Of a DNA stretch of 64,000 bases, positions 30,698 to 40,679 are shown piece after piece (the stretch's first letter is position 1; each line of letters starts with the position of its first letter). The stretch is from an uncultured Candidatus Saccharibacteria bacterium (lineage in GTDB: Bacteria; Patescibacteriota; Minisyncoccia; Phycocordibacterales; GWA1-40-21), in the NCBI GenBank assembly GCA_964562105.1, contig CAZLRP010000001.1, forward strand, positions 2,949 to 66,948, written 5' to 3'. A model generated the notes under the pieces. That model searched no databases. It saw nothing but the letters and a program-made list of their open reading frames with translations, and was not told the DNA's origin. The position numbers were made by a program, and so were the translations under genes.

Positions 30698-30838
30698 AGT
30701 GTTTTTTCCTCCTTTGATAAGGTTTTCACTATTTGCTTGGCTACTGTGTATATTTAATAGTCATAGCCAGAAGACCTCAATTTTTAAGAGCTTTTGGCTA
30801 TGACTATTTTGCAAGTATTTAAAAGAACCACCGGTAAT

Positions 30839-30867
30839 AGTGTACACTGTTTGATATTTTTTGTCAA
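30839..30867 (-). promoter_or_regulatory. Sigma70-type promoter for the DGR target gene
   Basis: TTGACA-N17-TACACT on the minus strand. Confidence 0.65.
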
Positions 30868-30924
30868 GATTTTTGAATTTGAAATTATTTTTTAATTTTA
30901 AACTTTATTTTTACTTTTTTCTCT

Positions 30925-31743
30925 TTACTTTTTAAGTTTACTTATTGCTTCCTCAAAATCTTTCGGGTAAGGAGCGATAATGGTTAATATTTTTTTTGAA
31001 AGAAGATTTATTTCCAATTCTCTTGCATGAAGCGCCATTCTTTTAAATCCCAATTGTTGTTTTTTGTTCAAATAAAAATTCGTGGCATAAAGTTTATCTT
31101 GCACTATTGGATGATTTATAGCACTAAAATGAACTCTTATCTGATGCGTTCTACCGGTTTTTGGTATCGCTTCCACAAAAGTAATATCGTTTATTTTATT
31201 CAAAACTTTAAAATATGTTACGGCCTCACGCGCTTCGCCTCTAATACCTCTTTGGGCTGTCCATTTACGAAAATCAGTTGAGCTTCTGCCTATCGGCCTG
31301 TTTATCATTCCCCTTTCATCTTTGACGTCGCCATAAACAAAAGCCTGGTAAACTTTGCGAACCTTTCTGTCTTTAAATTGTTTTTTTAGAAATTCAAATG
31401 ATTCTTTGTTTTTTGCAATGATAAGAACACCGCTCGTATCTCTATCAATCCTGTGAACTATTCCCGGCCTCAATATTTTTTTACCCGCTAAAGTTTTGCC
31501 TGACGCATTGGACTTTTTGTCCAATGCACGGAAAATCTTGGATTTTCCATCAGGCAAAATTTTTTCGGGTGAACCATCATCAAGAATAATTGGTTCACCG
31601 ACATTTTTTATGCGAGGATATTTTTTCAAAATCCAATCTACCAAAGTTTTTTCCTTGGTTTTTCCATCAAAATGAACAACTAGACCGGCGGGCTTGTTTA
31701 TAATCACGACATCTTTATTTTCGTAGAGAATAGAGATTTTCAT
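30925..31743 (-). CDS. RluA-family pseudouridine synthase
   Basis: NKPAGLVVH, HRIDRDTSG, TGRTHQIRVH motifs. Confidence 0.94.
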   Translation of the reverse strand: MKISILYENKDVVIINKPAGLVVHFDGKTKEKTLVDWILKKYPRIKNVGEPIILDDGSPEKILPDGKSKIFRALDKKSNASGKTLAGKKILRPGIVHRIDRDTSGVLIIAKNKESFEFLKKQFKDRKVRKVYQAFVYGDVKDERGMINRPIGRSSTDFRKWTAQRGIRGEAREAVTYFKVLNKINDITFVEAIPKTGRTHQIRVHFSAINHPIVQDKLYATNFYLNKKQQLGFKRMALHARELEINLLSKKILTIIAPYPKDFEEAISKLKK

Positions 31744-31753
31744 GGATAATAGA

Positions 31754-32671
31754 TTATTGATTTACAACATTTTTCAGCTTATTTTTAGTACAAGCGATAA
31801 TCGTATCTACCCAAACTCTCATATCCTCTTCAAACGCTTCCTTAGTAAACCACGCATTAGGAGGTGTAACCAAAACATTTCCTTTAAAATCTTCTGGATT
31901 TTGTTTTTCTGATTCAAAAGCAATACCAGCTAATTTTCCTTTATTAATTAATTGCAGAGCAGTTTCTAAATCAAATATATCATCGGCTGTAATACTGACA
32001 ATAAAAGAACCGTTTTTCATTTTATTCAGCTTTTGTTTATTGAGCATTCCTTTTGTTTGTTTATTTCTGACTAAACAAGGAAAAATAAAATCTGATTTCT
32101 GAAGAGTTTCGTCAAGAGATTTATAAACAAATCTCTTATCTCTGCTTTTTCTTGACCAATAAATAACATTCATTCCCATAGCTTTCCCCAACTCGGCGAT
32201 TCGTGTCCCAATTGAACCTAATCCGACAATTCCCATTGTTTTATCTTTTATTTCCCAACCTTGTTGTTTGTTATAATCAATCTTCCATTCGTTTTTAACA
32301 ACTAGAGATAATTTTCTAGCCACATTCAACATCAGAGAAATGGCATATTCGGCGACTGATTCAGTTGAATATTTTGGAACATTTGTTAAAACAATTCTTT
32401 TCTTTTTTGCATATTCTCCGTCTAGCCAACTAAAGCTAGTCGTGGGCAAACAAATAGCTTTGAGATTTTGAATACCAGAAATGTCAGTGTTTGAAAACTT
32501 CCAACCTACCACTTCCGGGCCAATAGCTATGATTTTTTCTTCGCTGCCCGTGAAAATCTTATCTTTGTAGTTTGGATTCTTTTCTATAAAAAATACCTCC
32601 CCAACTTTTTTTAGAGCATTAATTTGGTCTTTTGTAAAATCTTTTTTGGAATTGATAATAATTATACGCAT
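31754..32671 (-). CDS. D-isomer-specific 2-hydroxyacid dehydrogenase family protein
   Basis: SVAEYA and GIVGLGSIG motifs. Confidence 0.88.
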   Translation of the reverse strand: MRIIIINSKKDFTKDQINALKKVGEVFFIEKNPNYKDKIFTGSEEKIIAIGPEVVGWKFSNTDISGIQNLKAICLPTTSFSWLDGEYAKKKRIVLTNVPKYSTESVAEYAISLMLNVARKLSLVVKNEWKIDYNKQQGWEIKDKTMGIVGLGSIGTRIAELGKAMGMNVIYWSRKSRDKRFVYKSLDETLQKSDFIFPCLVRNKQTKGMLNKQKLNKMKNGSFIVSITADDIFDLETALQLINKGKLAGIAFESEKQNPEDFKGNVLVTPPNAWFTKEAFEEDMRVWVDTIIACTKNKLKNVVNQ

Positions 32672-32740
32672 ATATTTTTATTTTAGTAAGTATGTTCTTA
32701 TTGATAATCTAACATAAATACGTTATTGTATAAAGCGTTC

Positions 32741-32814
32741 GGGCGCTTAGCTCAGTTGGTTAGAGCAATCGCTTTACACGCGAAAGGTCAGGGGTTCGAG
32801 TCCCTTAGCGCCCA
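32741..32814 (+). tRNA. tRNA-Val(TAC)
   Basis: Cloverleaf; anticodon loop TTTACAC. Confidence 0.95.
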
Positions 32815-32853
32815 CAAATTAGGAAACCGCTTTGAGGCAGTTTTTTATTTTTG

Positions 32854-32925
32854 TGCTCTCGGTTGGAATCGAACCAACATTGACGGCTTAGAAGTCCGCA
32901 GTTCTATCCATTGAACTACGAGAGC
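32854..32925 (-). tRNA. tRNA-Arg(TCT)
   Basis: Cloverleaf; anticodon loop CTTCTAA. Confidence 0.94.
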
Positions 32926-32928
32926 ATA

Positions 32929-33621
32929 CTATATTTTAAAATGTGCCAGCATACCTTTTTTCCATCCAATAATTTTTCTAAATAACTCTTTTGAATTTAT
33001 TACTATGGAGCATGTGCCTTCATAAAGAATATTTTTTCTGCTTTTTAAAGATGTTTTTTTGATATATAACTTGTGAAACTGCCTTTTATCTACGCCAGTA
33101 ATCTTTGACCAATAATCAGTAACTTCTGGAGAAGAATGCAAACTATGGATATGTAACGCTATTCTAAATTTACTTTCTTCTACGAGACAAACTTCTCTAA
33201 ACCATTTCATCATCAACTTAATCATATTGCTGTCAGAATTGGCAAATTTGACTCGCTCTTGTTTTTTATCACCTTCTGCCCAATAAAGCAACAATCCGGA
33301 TAAGAATAACTTATTATTTATAAGTTTTTTGAATTCTATTTCAGCTTTATCTATTATTATTTTTGTCCTATTAATCCTATCCGTCTTTCTTGACAAGGCG
33401 GCAAAATACCTTGATTTCTCTCTTCCTTTTAATATTTTGTCTAGATTTTTTTTACTGACTTCAATATCCCTTAACCAAAGACTTAGGGTGCTTTTTGAAA
33501 CATTGACAACTTTAAGGATATTGCCGTAGGATTTACCAGATTTTCTCATTTTTATCGCCAAAATTTTCTCGTCGTATTTCACGCATATAATTATAGAATA
33601 ATGTATTAGAAAATACAACAA
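32929..33621 (-). CDS. HTH plus LAGLIDADG-like protein
   Basis: N-terminal HTH (GKSYGNI...VSKSTLSLW) and GLLLYWAEGDK...FANSD; start uncertain. Confidence 0.7.
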   Translation of the reverse strand: MLYFLIHYSIIICVKYDEKILAIKMRKSGKSYGNILKVVNVSKSTLSLWLRDIEVSKKNLDKILKGREKSRYFAALSRKTDRINRTKIIIDKAEIEFKKLINNKLFLSGLLLYWAEGDKKQERVKFANSDSNMIKLMMKWFREVCLVEESKFRIALHIHSLHSSPEVTDYWSKITGVDKRQFHKLYIKKTSLKSRKNILYEGTCSIVINSKELFRKIIGWKKGMLAHFKI

Positions 33622-33627
33622 TCTATT

Positions 33628-33957
33628 TTATATAGAAGGGTCAATTAAATTTTCCAATTTTAAATTAGCAACTACAGATTTTTTTGCTTTAAAATTATTC
33701 AGTATTTTTTCTAAATCATCGGATTTTAATTTTTCAATAGTAAGCTCCGTTTTGTCTACGCTTATATACATATCTTCTTTCACAAGAGTTTTATACATAT
33801 GAATATCAAAAAAAACAGAGGTCGCCACTAAGATAGCGAGAAAAATTATTAAAATATTCCAATCTCTTTTTGGATTTACTATGTCTCTTGACAAAAGTGC
33901 AGGCTTTGACAAAGAATCTGTGGTGGGTAATTTAATTTTGTTGATATTATTATTCAT
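33628..33957 (-). CDS. Hypothetical membrane protein in the pil cluster
   Basis: One TM helix; follows the PilO-like gene. Confidence 0.65.
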   Translation of the reverse strand: MNNNINKIKLPTTDSLSKPALLSRDIVNPKRDWNILIIFLAILVATSVFFDIHMYKTLVKEDMYISVDKTELTIEKLKSDDLEKILNNFKAKKSVVANLKLENLIDPSI

Positions 33958-34035
33958 ATTTATAAAAAATTATTAATTGTATTTATTCGTTGCCATTCGT
34001 ATCATTTGTATAATTCGTATATTCGTATGTTTATC

Positions 34036-34593
34036 TTATTTATCTTTCATCTTTACTACAGTAAAATCCAAATTTAAAGACCATTCCGGAACTTTTCTGC
34101 CTTTTATTATTGAATCGGAAAATTTATTTAGCGACATTTTGGTTATATTTATTTTCAAAGGATAATTTTCCAAAGATTTTAAAAATAGTTGGATATTTTG
34201 CCATGCCCCTGTGGCATTAATGTTTATTTTTAATAATTCTTCCCCCATTTTGTCTCCTTTGTCATAAGTTGCGCTTGAAACGGTGTTTATATTGTATTTG
34301 AGCCCGGTATTTGAAATCAGCTGTTCTAATGTTTTTAGGAAATCAACGGTACCTCCTTTCGCTATAATATATTCTTCCAATTTTTTCTGATACATTTCAC
34401 CCAAAATCAAATCATCTTTCATCAAAGTTTCGGCACCTTCTTTTTTTAATTCCGTTTTTATATCGTTTGATTTATTTACAGATTCAGCAATCAAATTCTT
34501 CGTAAAAGAAAACAGAAATACAAAAGCGCCCATAGACGCAATGCCCAGAAGCAGAAAAACGGCTAATAATATTTTTGTTTCTTTTTTAGGCAT
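34036..34593 (-). CDS. PilO-like type IV pilus protein
   Basis: N-terminal TM; ATGAWQNIQLFLKSLENYP; synteny with pilM and pilN. Confidence 0.7.
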   Translation of the reverse strand: MPKKETKILLAVFLLLGIASMGAFVFLFSFTKNLIAESVNKSNDIKTELKKEGAETLMKDDLILGEMYQKKLEEYIIAKGGTVDFLKTLEQLISNTGLKYNINTVSSATYDKGDKMGEELLKININATGAWQNIQLFLKSLENYPLKINITKMSLNKFSDSIIKGRKVPEWSLNLDFTVVKMKDK

Positions 34594-34689
34594 TTTTATT
34601 TTTTATTAATTATTTGCAGCCATTCGTTCACCCTGTTAAATTTGAATTCTATTTAATAGGGTAAATTCGTATAATTTGTTAATTCGTAA

Positions 34690-35223
34690 TTATATGATTA
34701 AAGTTGCAGAAAACTGTGAATCAGAACTTTTTATGAAATCCGATACCGGGAATACTACGCTTTCAAATGAACCATCGGCGGTAATATTTTTATTAAATAA
34801 AGTTAGGCTGTCTCTCGTATTTGCAATACCATTTATTATAATTTTTTTACCGACTGGATTACTTTTTTCAATTATGAACGATAGAATTTTAATATCTTTA
34901 TTTTTTAAGGATATGATTTTCTTTATGATTTCGCTGTAGGACAATTTAGCATCTGCATCATCCGAAAGAGCCCCGACTAGTCCGTTTACTTTCTTTATAA
35001 ACAAAACTGGGTCTTCGCCATTATAAGCATTTTTTTGTTTGATTGATTCTAATTGATTGCTCGTTGTATCATTTTTGTATTTAGCAAAAAAAACTGACGG
35101 AAAAAACAGAGAAATTAATATTATGCTTGATATAAAAATAAATGTCATCAGAAATATGGCTATTCTGAATAAGTATTCAAGAATAATTTGTTTTTTATTT
35201 TTTTGTGGCAAAAAGTTAAGCAT
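34690..35223 (-). CDS. PilN-like type IV pilus protein
   Basis: N-terminal LNFLP motif, TM helix, INGIANTRDSL. Confidence 0.75.
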   Translation of the reverse strand: MLNFLPQKNKKQIILEYLFRIAIFLMTFIFISSIILISLFFPSVFFAKYKNDTTSNQLESIKQKNAYNGEDPVLFIKKVNGLVGALSDDADAKLSYSEIIKKIISLKNKDIKILSFIIEKSNPVGKKIIINGIANTRDSLTLFNKNITADGSFESVVFPVSDFIKSSDSQFSATLII

Positions 35224-36316
35224 TTATTTGTTTGTAAGATGAAACCACTAAACCTATCGGCGTTGCAAAACTCAAAGAGTCCTGAAACTTCATGTCGGAT
35301 ACATTTTCTTTAATATCAAGAATATTTGATAACGTGCTAGCTAATACCACTTCAGTATTTATATTTTGATTTATATGCTTAGCCAAACCCGGCAATGTTG
35401 AACTCCTGCCGCATAAAATTATTGTATTTATTTTTTTCGTTTGATAATTTTTTGAATCTATAAATTTATTAATAATATATTCGTTAAATTTTTCTACTTC
35501 GTCTTTTAACACGGAAAAAATATTGGCGAGCGATAAATATGACTCCTTTGAATATGTCGTTTCAAAGGAGAAATCGTTTTCAAAAAATTTACCTACGACC
35601 AATTCATCAGAAAACAAACCTGTTTTTAAAAGGCTTCCCCTTATTACGCCCTCTCCTATTGGCACTAAAGAAGTAGTTCTGACAAAACCATCTATAACAG
35701 CTATAAGTACAGTGGAATCATCTTTTATATTGATTATAATCGAATTTCCCTTGTCTCCTTTGGAAATAACAGAATCGGCAACCATTTTTGATTCTATTTC
35801 ATACGATAACGGGTAAATCCTCGCCTGATCAAATACGTCAGTGTAATCAGATATTACTCTTTTTGGTATAACAGAAACGTTAAGCATCATATCTCTCTCC
35901 AATTTATTATCATTGATAATTTCATACTCAAAAGAAGCTTCTTCTAATTTTATCGGAACATTTTCTTCCATTTTAAATTCTATTGCTTCCCTGATATTAC
36001 TTTTGGCTTCTTTAGGTATTTGAGAATCAAAAATATAAGTTTTTTCTTCCGGTATGGAAACTTTTACAAAATCGGTTGAAATATTTTTCTTTACTTCAGC
36101 AAGAGTTTTTGCCAAAGCATCTTTATTTAATATTTCACCGTCTTTTATAATATTTGGTGCAAGTAAAACTTCGCCGAATTTTTTGACAGAAAATATCCCT
36201 TTTTTATTAAAAAATTCAATATATCTTATAGATTTATTGCATATCTCTATACCAGAAACAGGCATTGAAAGATAATTCGGTAATGAGAAAAGTTTTTTAA
36301 AAAAAATGGAAAGCAT
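35216..36316 (-). CDS. pilM: PilM-like actin-fold pilus assembly protein
   Basis: GIEICNKSIRYIE, IILCGRSSTLPGL, ATPIGL motifs. Confidence 0.8.
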   Translation of the reverse strand: MLSIFFKKLFSLPNYLSMPVSGIEICNKSIRYIEFFNKKGIFSVKKFGEVLLAPNIIKDGEILNKDALAKTLAEVKKNISTDFVKVSIPEEKTYIFDSQIPKEAKSNIREAIEFKMEENVPIKLEEASFEYEIINDNKLERDMMLNVSVIPKRVISDYTDVFDQARIYPLSYEIESKMVADSVISKGDKGNSIIINIKDDSTVLIAVIDGFVRTTSLVPIGEGVIRGSLLKTGLFSDELVVGKFFENDFSFETTYSKESYLSLANIFSVLKDEVEKFNEYIINKFIDSKNYQTKKINTIILCGRSSTLPGLAKHINQNINTEVVLASTLSNILDIKENVSDMKFQDSLSFATPIGLVVSSYKQINA

Positions 36317-36358
36317 AACCTTCAGTATTATATAACGAAACAAAGATCTTTCAAAACA

Positions 36359-36958
36359 CTAGAATAAAATTTTGTACAAAATAAACAAAATGATCACGAT
36401 AGCTAAAATAACACTTCCCAAATTGAAGTATTTGAAGACAACCCCACCTATCTTTTGGCCAAAAATTTTCATAATATATGCAACGATAAAAAATCTAATC
36501 CCCCTACCTAATATTGAGGCGAACACAAAAACAATTAAATTTAAGTTGAAAAGTCCAGCCGCAATAGTAAATACTTTGTAAGGTATTGGCGTAAAAGCCG
36601 CAGTAAATATAGACAAAAAAGCATTTTTATTAAAAAAACTACCAACAAGCACAAGCTCATCTTGTAAGCCATACAAAGAAACCAAAGCTTTACCTGCAGT
36701 TTCAAAAAATGCCCAGCCAATAAAATATCCAAATAATCCACCGAGAACAGAAGAAACAGTTGTAATTAGAGCATAATACCACCACTTCTCCCTATTCTTT
36801 ATTACAATCGGCATCAAATATAGATCTGGAGGTATAGGAAAAAATGATGACTCGGCAAAGGAAAGACCACAAAGCCATTTTGTAGCATTAGGACCACTTA
36901 CATTTTTATTAAGTATACTTCTTATGCCCTCAGATTTATTTTTTAAATATTTAAACAT
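36359..36958 (-). CDS. YqaA/DedA (VTT) family membrane protein
   Basis: SFAESSFFPIPPD, FTPIPYKVFTI. Confidence 0.9.
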   Translation of the reverse strand: MFKYLKNKSEGIRSILNKNVSGPNATKWLCGLSFAESSFFPIPPDLYLMPIVIKNREKWWYYALITTVSSVLGGLFGYFIGWAFFETAGKALVSLYGLQDELVLVGSFFNKNAFLSIFTAAFTPIPYKVFTIAAGLFNLNLIVFVFASILGRGIRFFIVAYIMKIFGQKIGGVVFKYFNLGSVILAIVIILFILYKILF

Positions 36959-37749
36959 TAATTTAATTCTGTTCCCTCTTCTATAAAATCTGGCAATTCC
37001 ATAATTGCGAGATTTTCACCCGTCTTTGCAGCAAGAATCATTCCGTTACTTTCAAAACCCATCATTTTCCTTGGTTCAAGATTAGTTACAAAAGCGACTT
37101 TCTTACCAATAAGCTTAGTGGATTCTGGAAAATACGCGGCTATACCAGAAAGAATCTGTCTTAGACCACTCTCTTCTTTGAAATCTACAGACAATTTTAG
37201 TAATTTGTCTGAGTTTGCTACAGGTTCCGCAGAAAGTATTTTCCCGACTTTCATTTCCACTTTTTTAAAATCATCGTAACTGATTTTGTTGCTGGTTTGC
37301 TCGTCCGGATGAACATCTGTTCGGGCGGGCTTCGCTTCGCTCGCAATGACATTCTTTTTATCCTGCCTGTTTTTTTCTTTATCCATAAATGTCTGCAATA
37401 TTATTGAGGCAGCAGAAGCATCAAGCATTTCGTTTTTACCAAAAGTTTTTTCCACTTGCATAGAAGACATGAATTCTGGTTCAAGAAAAATAGGAAGTTT
37501 GACAGTTAAAGCTAATTCTCTTTTAAAAGAAATTATTTCTGGGTTTATTTTGTTATCCTCTCCTTTATAATCTTTTGATTCTCCGACAACAACAGAGCCA
37601 ATCTCAGACTCTTTACACAAATCCGATATTTTTTGTAACAATTCATTATTATTTTCCAATACCATTTTAGGAAAAGCTACTTTTCCTTCTGCATCAGAAA
37701 TAGCTATTCCAACCCTTTTTTCACCATAATCTATGCCTAAATATTTCAT
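36958..37749 (-). CDS. RuvX/YqgF nuclease fused to a tRNA-binding OB domain (MetRS C-terminal/CsaA-like)
   Basis: LGIDYGEKRVGIAISD...DASAASIILQ followed by ISYDDFKKVEMKVG...NLEPRKMMGFESNGMIL. Confidence 0.88.
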   Translation of the reverse strand: MKYLGIDYGEKRVGIAISDAEGKVAFPKMVLENNNELLQKISDLCKESEIGSVVVGESKDYKGEDNKINPEIISFKRELALTVKLPIFLEPEFMSSMQVEKTFGKNEMLDASAASIILQTFMDKEKNRQDKKNVIASEAKPARTDVHPDEQTSNKISYDDFKKVEMKVGKILSAEPVANSDKLLKLSVDFKEESGLRQILSGIAAYFPESTKLIGKKVAFVTNLEPRKMMGFESNGMILAAKTGENLAIMELPDFIEEGTELN

Positions 37750-37825
37750 GCATCTATAATACATTAATAAACTCGATATTAAAACTACAGATTGAACCTT
37801 GAGATTTTTTTGATATAATATATGT

Positions 37826-38068
37826 ATGGATACACAAACATTAAATGGGGCATTTGTCTCATATATGGGTTCTCACCCATGGATAATTTTATTAGTAGTT
37901 TGGTCTGCTATTTGGAAACTTATCGCATTATGGAAAGCCGCCAAGCATAATCAGCTGACTATTTTTATAATTCTTGGTGTTTTAAATACAGCAGGTATAG
38001 CAGAGATAATCTACATCGCTTATCTTTACTTCAAAGACAAAAAAGGAGTAACGATCCCAACAGCATAA
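37826..38068 (+). CDS. DUF5652-like small membrane protein
   Basis: WSAIWKLIALWKAAK...LNTAGI. Confidence 0.8.
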   Translation: MDTQTLNGAFVSYMGSHPWIILLVVWSAIWKLIALWKAAKHNQLTIFIILGVLNTAGIAEIIYIAYLYFKDKKGVTIPTA

Positions 38069-38190
38069 TTTAGCAAAATAATAAAAAGGGTTTTCGCTCC
38101 GCGAAAACCCTTTTTATTATTATTTATTTTTCTTTGGCTTCTTTTTCTCTTTTCTTGAATTGTTCCTATCATTTCCCATAATTTTATTCT

Positions 38191-38247
38191 ATCCGCACAC
38201 TAACTCTATCATTAACAAAAACGAGATGACAGAATTAGTGAGTAGAT
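38191..38247. repeat. Short degenerate member of the ATCCGCACACTAAC inverted-repeat family
   Basis: Left end matches 58871; imperfect right arm. Confidence 0.6.
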
Positions 38248-38464
38248 TAATTAAATTTGCTAATAACAGATTTATTGTACCATAAAAATATGCCCCTTTG
38301 CTATATTATATTTTTATTATAAAATTGTAGCAGAAGTTCATCATATTATTAGAAGAGAGAGGTGATCCGTCCACATCGTTTTTTATGCTATGCAAAAATG
38401 GGGGTGGTAAAAGAAAGGTAATAAAAAGTAGCCAACAAATCCGGTTTTTACCTAAGAGGTAATT

Positions 38465-38653
38465 ATGGCACAAGAAAGGTGCTATGAATGCAATTCTGTA
38501 ATAAAAGAAGTGGAACCATTGGATGCTCCGAATCTCGTTACCTATGGAGGTCCATGCAAAGCATGTGAGAAAAAAAAAGAAGCAGAAAGACAAAATAGCC
38601 AAACGATCTACAATGTTAAAACTGGCACATTATCAACGGTACCTTCTCTATAA
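38465..38653 (+). CDS. Small zinc-ribbon hypothetical protein
   Basis: GAGG SD, CYEC...CKAC, followed by a hairpin. Confidence 0.55.
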   Translation: MAQERCYECNSVIKEVEPLDAPNLVTYGGPCKACEKKKEAERQNSQTIYNVKTGTLSTVPSL

Positions 38654-38723
38654 AAAAGTAAGACACCCCATGTTATATGTGGGGTGTTCTTATTTTAACA
38701 TGATAAAAAATAGCGATGGTTTC

Positions 38724-39311
38724 TTACGAAGGAATTACAAGGGTTACATAATCCAGCTTGCTAAGATCAATTTTTTCATCAAAATTATTTACAACTCCAC
38801 GCGCTTTTCTTGGAGATACGCCAAGCTCCGTACAGAAGTAGTAGTGAAGATTGATAATATTTCCTTCAATTGCATTTCTCTCAACAGATGGTAACTTTAT
38901 TTTTATTTCTGCCGGATAGCTATAATAACGTTCGGGGAAAACCGGCTCCATGACGAAAGCATGAATTCTTTTATACCCTTTGGCAGACGAAACTTTAATT
39001 TTTAAATTCGGATCACCTTTTTCAATTGATATTTGTAAACTATCAGGCAAGAAAATATAACCATGGACAGGATTGAATGCCGATAAGCTATCATTTTTTA
39101 TATAAAGACTGAAAGAAATTTCATACCCTCCATCGGAAGCTTTCGCCAAAAACAATTCTGTTTTCCTATTGGATTGAAAAAATAATTTCAATTTCGGCCT
39201 TTTTAAAAATCGGAGCCATGGCGGTACCAATAAAGAAAAAATTAACGCAACCAAAAACATTGATAAAAAAATAGTTCCAAAAGAATTTCCAAAAATTGTG
39301 CTTATACTCAT
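38724..39311 (-). CDS. Hypothetical membrane-anchored protein
   Basis: 195-aa ORF with an N-terminal TM. Confidence 0.6.
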   Translation of the reverse strand: MSISTIFGNSFGTIFLSMFLVALIFSLLVPPWLRFLKRPKLKLFFQSNRKTELFLAKASDGGYEISFSLYIKNDSLSAFNPVHGYIFLPDSLQISIEKGDPNLKIKVSSAKGYKRIHAFVMEPVFPERYYSYPAEIKIKLPSVERNAIEGNIINLHYYFCTELGVSPRKARGVVNNFDEKIDLSKLDYVTLVIPS

Positions 39312-39435
39312 ATCAAATATTCTATCATTTTTATTAAATTGTTAAAACCCAAATAAAAAACACCGGATTTGCTATTTAAAGTAGTTTTGCTAGCATTAAT
39401 GTCAGAAGTAAAATCTTAAAAAACAGGGGGTAAAT

Positions 39436-39873
39436 ATGATTAGTTATCAATTACTCGGTCCAAAACAGCTTTTGGAAGAAGACGTTTCGGATATCAATTT
39501 CCTTCTTCACCAACTCACCAGCAGTTCCCCAATATGGCTGGATTTTGAAAGAATCAAAGACATTGCGAAAAATTCTCATTTTGCAGTCGCTCGTGATGAG
39601 AAAAAACGAATTATCGGGATGAGCACTTTAACCATCTCGCATATTCCAACAGGAATAGTCGGACATCTTGATGATGTAGTTGTCGCCATATCCTCACGGA
39701 GGCGTGGTGTTGGTGAAGGACTTATAGAGTTTTTGATTTGCGAGGCAAAAATGAAATATTCGATAGATCGAATTAATTTGACTTGCAAGCCAAGCAGGGT
39801 GAAAGCAAACAAACTTTATCAAAAGCTTGGGTTTCGAAAACGCGAAACTAATTGCTATGTACTAAAATTTTAG
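39436..39873 (+). CDS. GNAT-family acetyltransferase
   Basis: DDVVVAISSRRRGVG...ANKLYQKLGF. Confidence 0.9.
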   Translation: MISYQLLGPKQLLEEDVSDINFLLHQLTSSSPIWLDFERIKDIAKNSHFAVARDEKKRIIGMSTLTISHIPTGIVGHLDDVVVAISSRRRGVGEGLIEFLICEAKMKYSIDRINLTCKPSRVKANKLYQKLGFRKRETNCYVLKF

Positions 39874-39994
39874 TACCAAAAACGGTGACTTCATATGATG
39901 TCACCGTTTTTATTGTTATTAATAAAAAATAATCATTAAAACTTGCCTCAAAGCAAAAAATAGGTTAAATTAATGCTTGTTCGACCAAATACAT

Positions 39995-40081
39995 GGAGAG
40001 GTGGCTGAGCGGTTGAAAGCGTCAGTCTTGAAAACTGAAAGGCTCGCAAGGGTCTCGCGAGTTCGAATCTCGCCCTCTCCG
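39995..40081 (+). tRNA. tRNA-Ser(TGA)
   Basis: Cloverleaf with long variable arm; anticodon loop CTTGAAA. Confidence 0.95.
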
Positions 40082-40112
40082 CTGTGATATTAATAACTAA
40101 AAGCATCGAGTG

Positions 40113-40679
40113 ATGATTCATAACCATAAAAAATATCTGCTCATTGATTTTTTTGGAGTAATAGCAAAAGAAGTTGCTCCTTTTTGGTTTAATAAATATT
40201 TTTCAGAAGAGTGCGCTTTAAAATTACAAGAAGAAATATTTTCAGATAACATTGACATAAAAGTTAATTCCGAATATGAAATGTATGATATCTTGTCTAA
40301 ATTAATTAATAAAACGCCGAAAGAAATAGAACATGAGATGTTGGCGCTTGTTTTTATAGATGACAAAGTAATCTCGATCCTAAGAAGTTTAAAGAAAAAG
40401 TATATTATCGTACTATGTTCAAATGCTTGTTCTGGTTTCGTAAGAAAAATTATCAAAGATCACGATTTAAGTGATATTTTTAGCGAGATGTACATATCCA
40501 GTGAAATGGGAGTTGCCAAACCAAATGTTCAGTTTTTCCAAAAAGTACTTAATCAATCTAAAATTTTAGAAAAAGAAGCCTTCTTTATTGATGATAATCA
40601 GAAAAATATAGATGTTGCAGAATCTTTAGGAATTGAATCAATTTTGTTTAAAAACACAAGCACACTTCAAAATCTTTAG
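40113..40679 (+). CDS. HAD-superfamily hydrolase
   Basis: DFFGVI, CSNA, KPN and FIDDN motifs. Confidence 0.88.
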   Translation: MIHNHKKYLLIDFFGVIAKEVAPFWFNKYFSEECALKLQEEIFSDNIDIKVNSEYEMYDILSKLINKTPKEIEHEMLALVFIDDKVISILRSLKKKYIIVLCSNACSGFVRKIIKDHDLSDIFSEMYISSEMGVAKPNVQFFQKVLNQSKILEKEAFFIDDNQKNIDVAESLGIESILFKNTSTLQNL

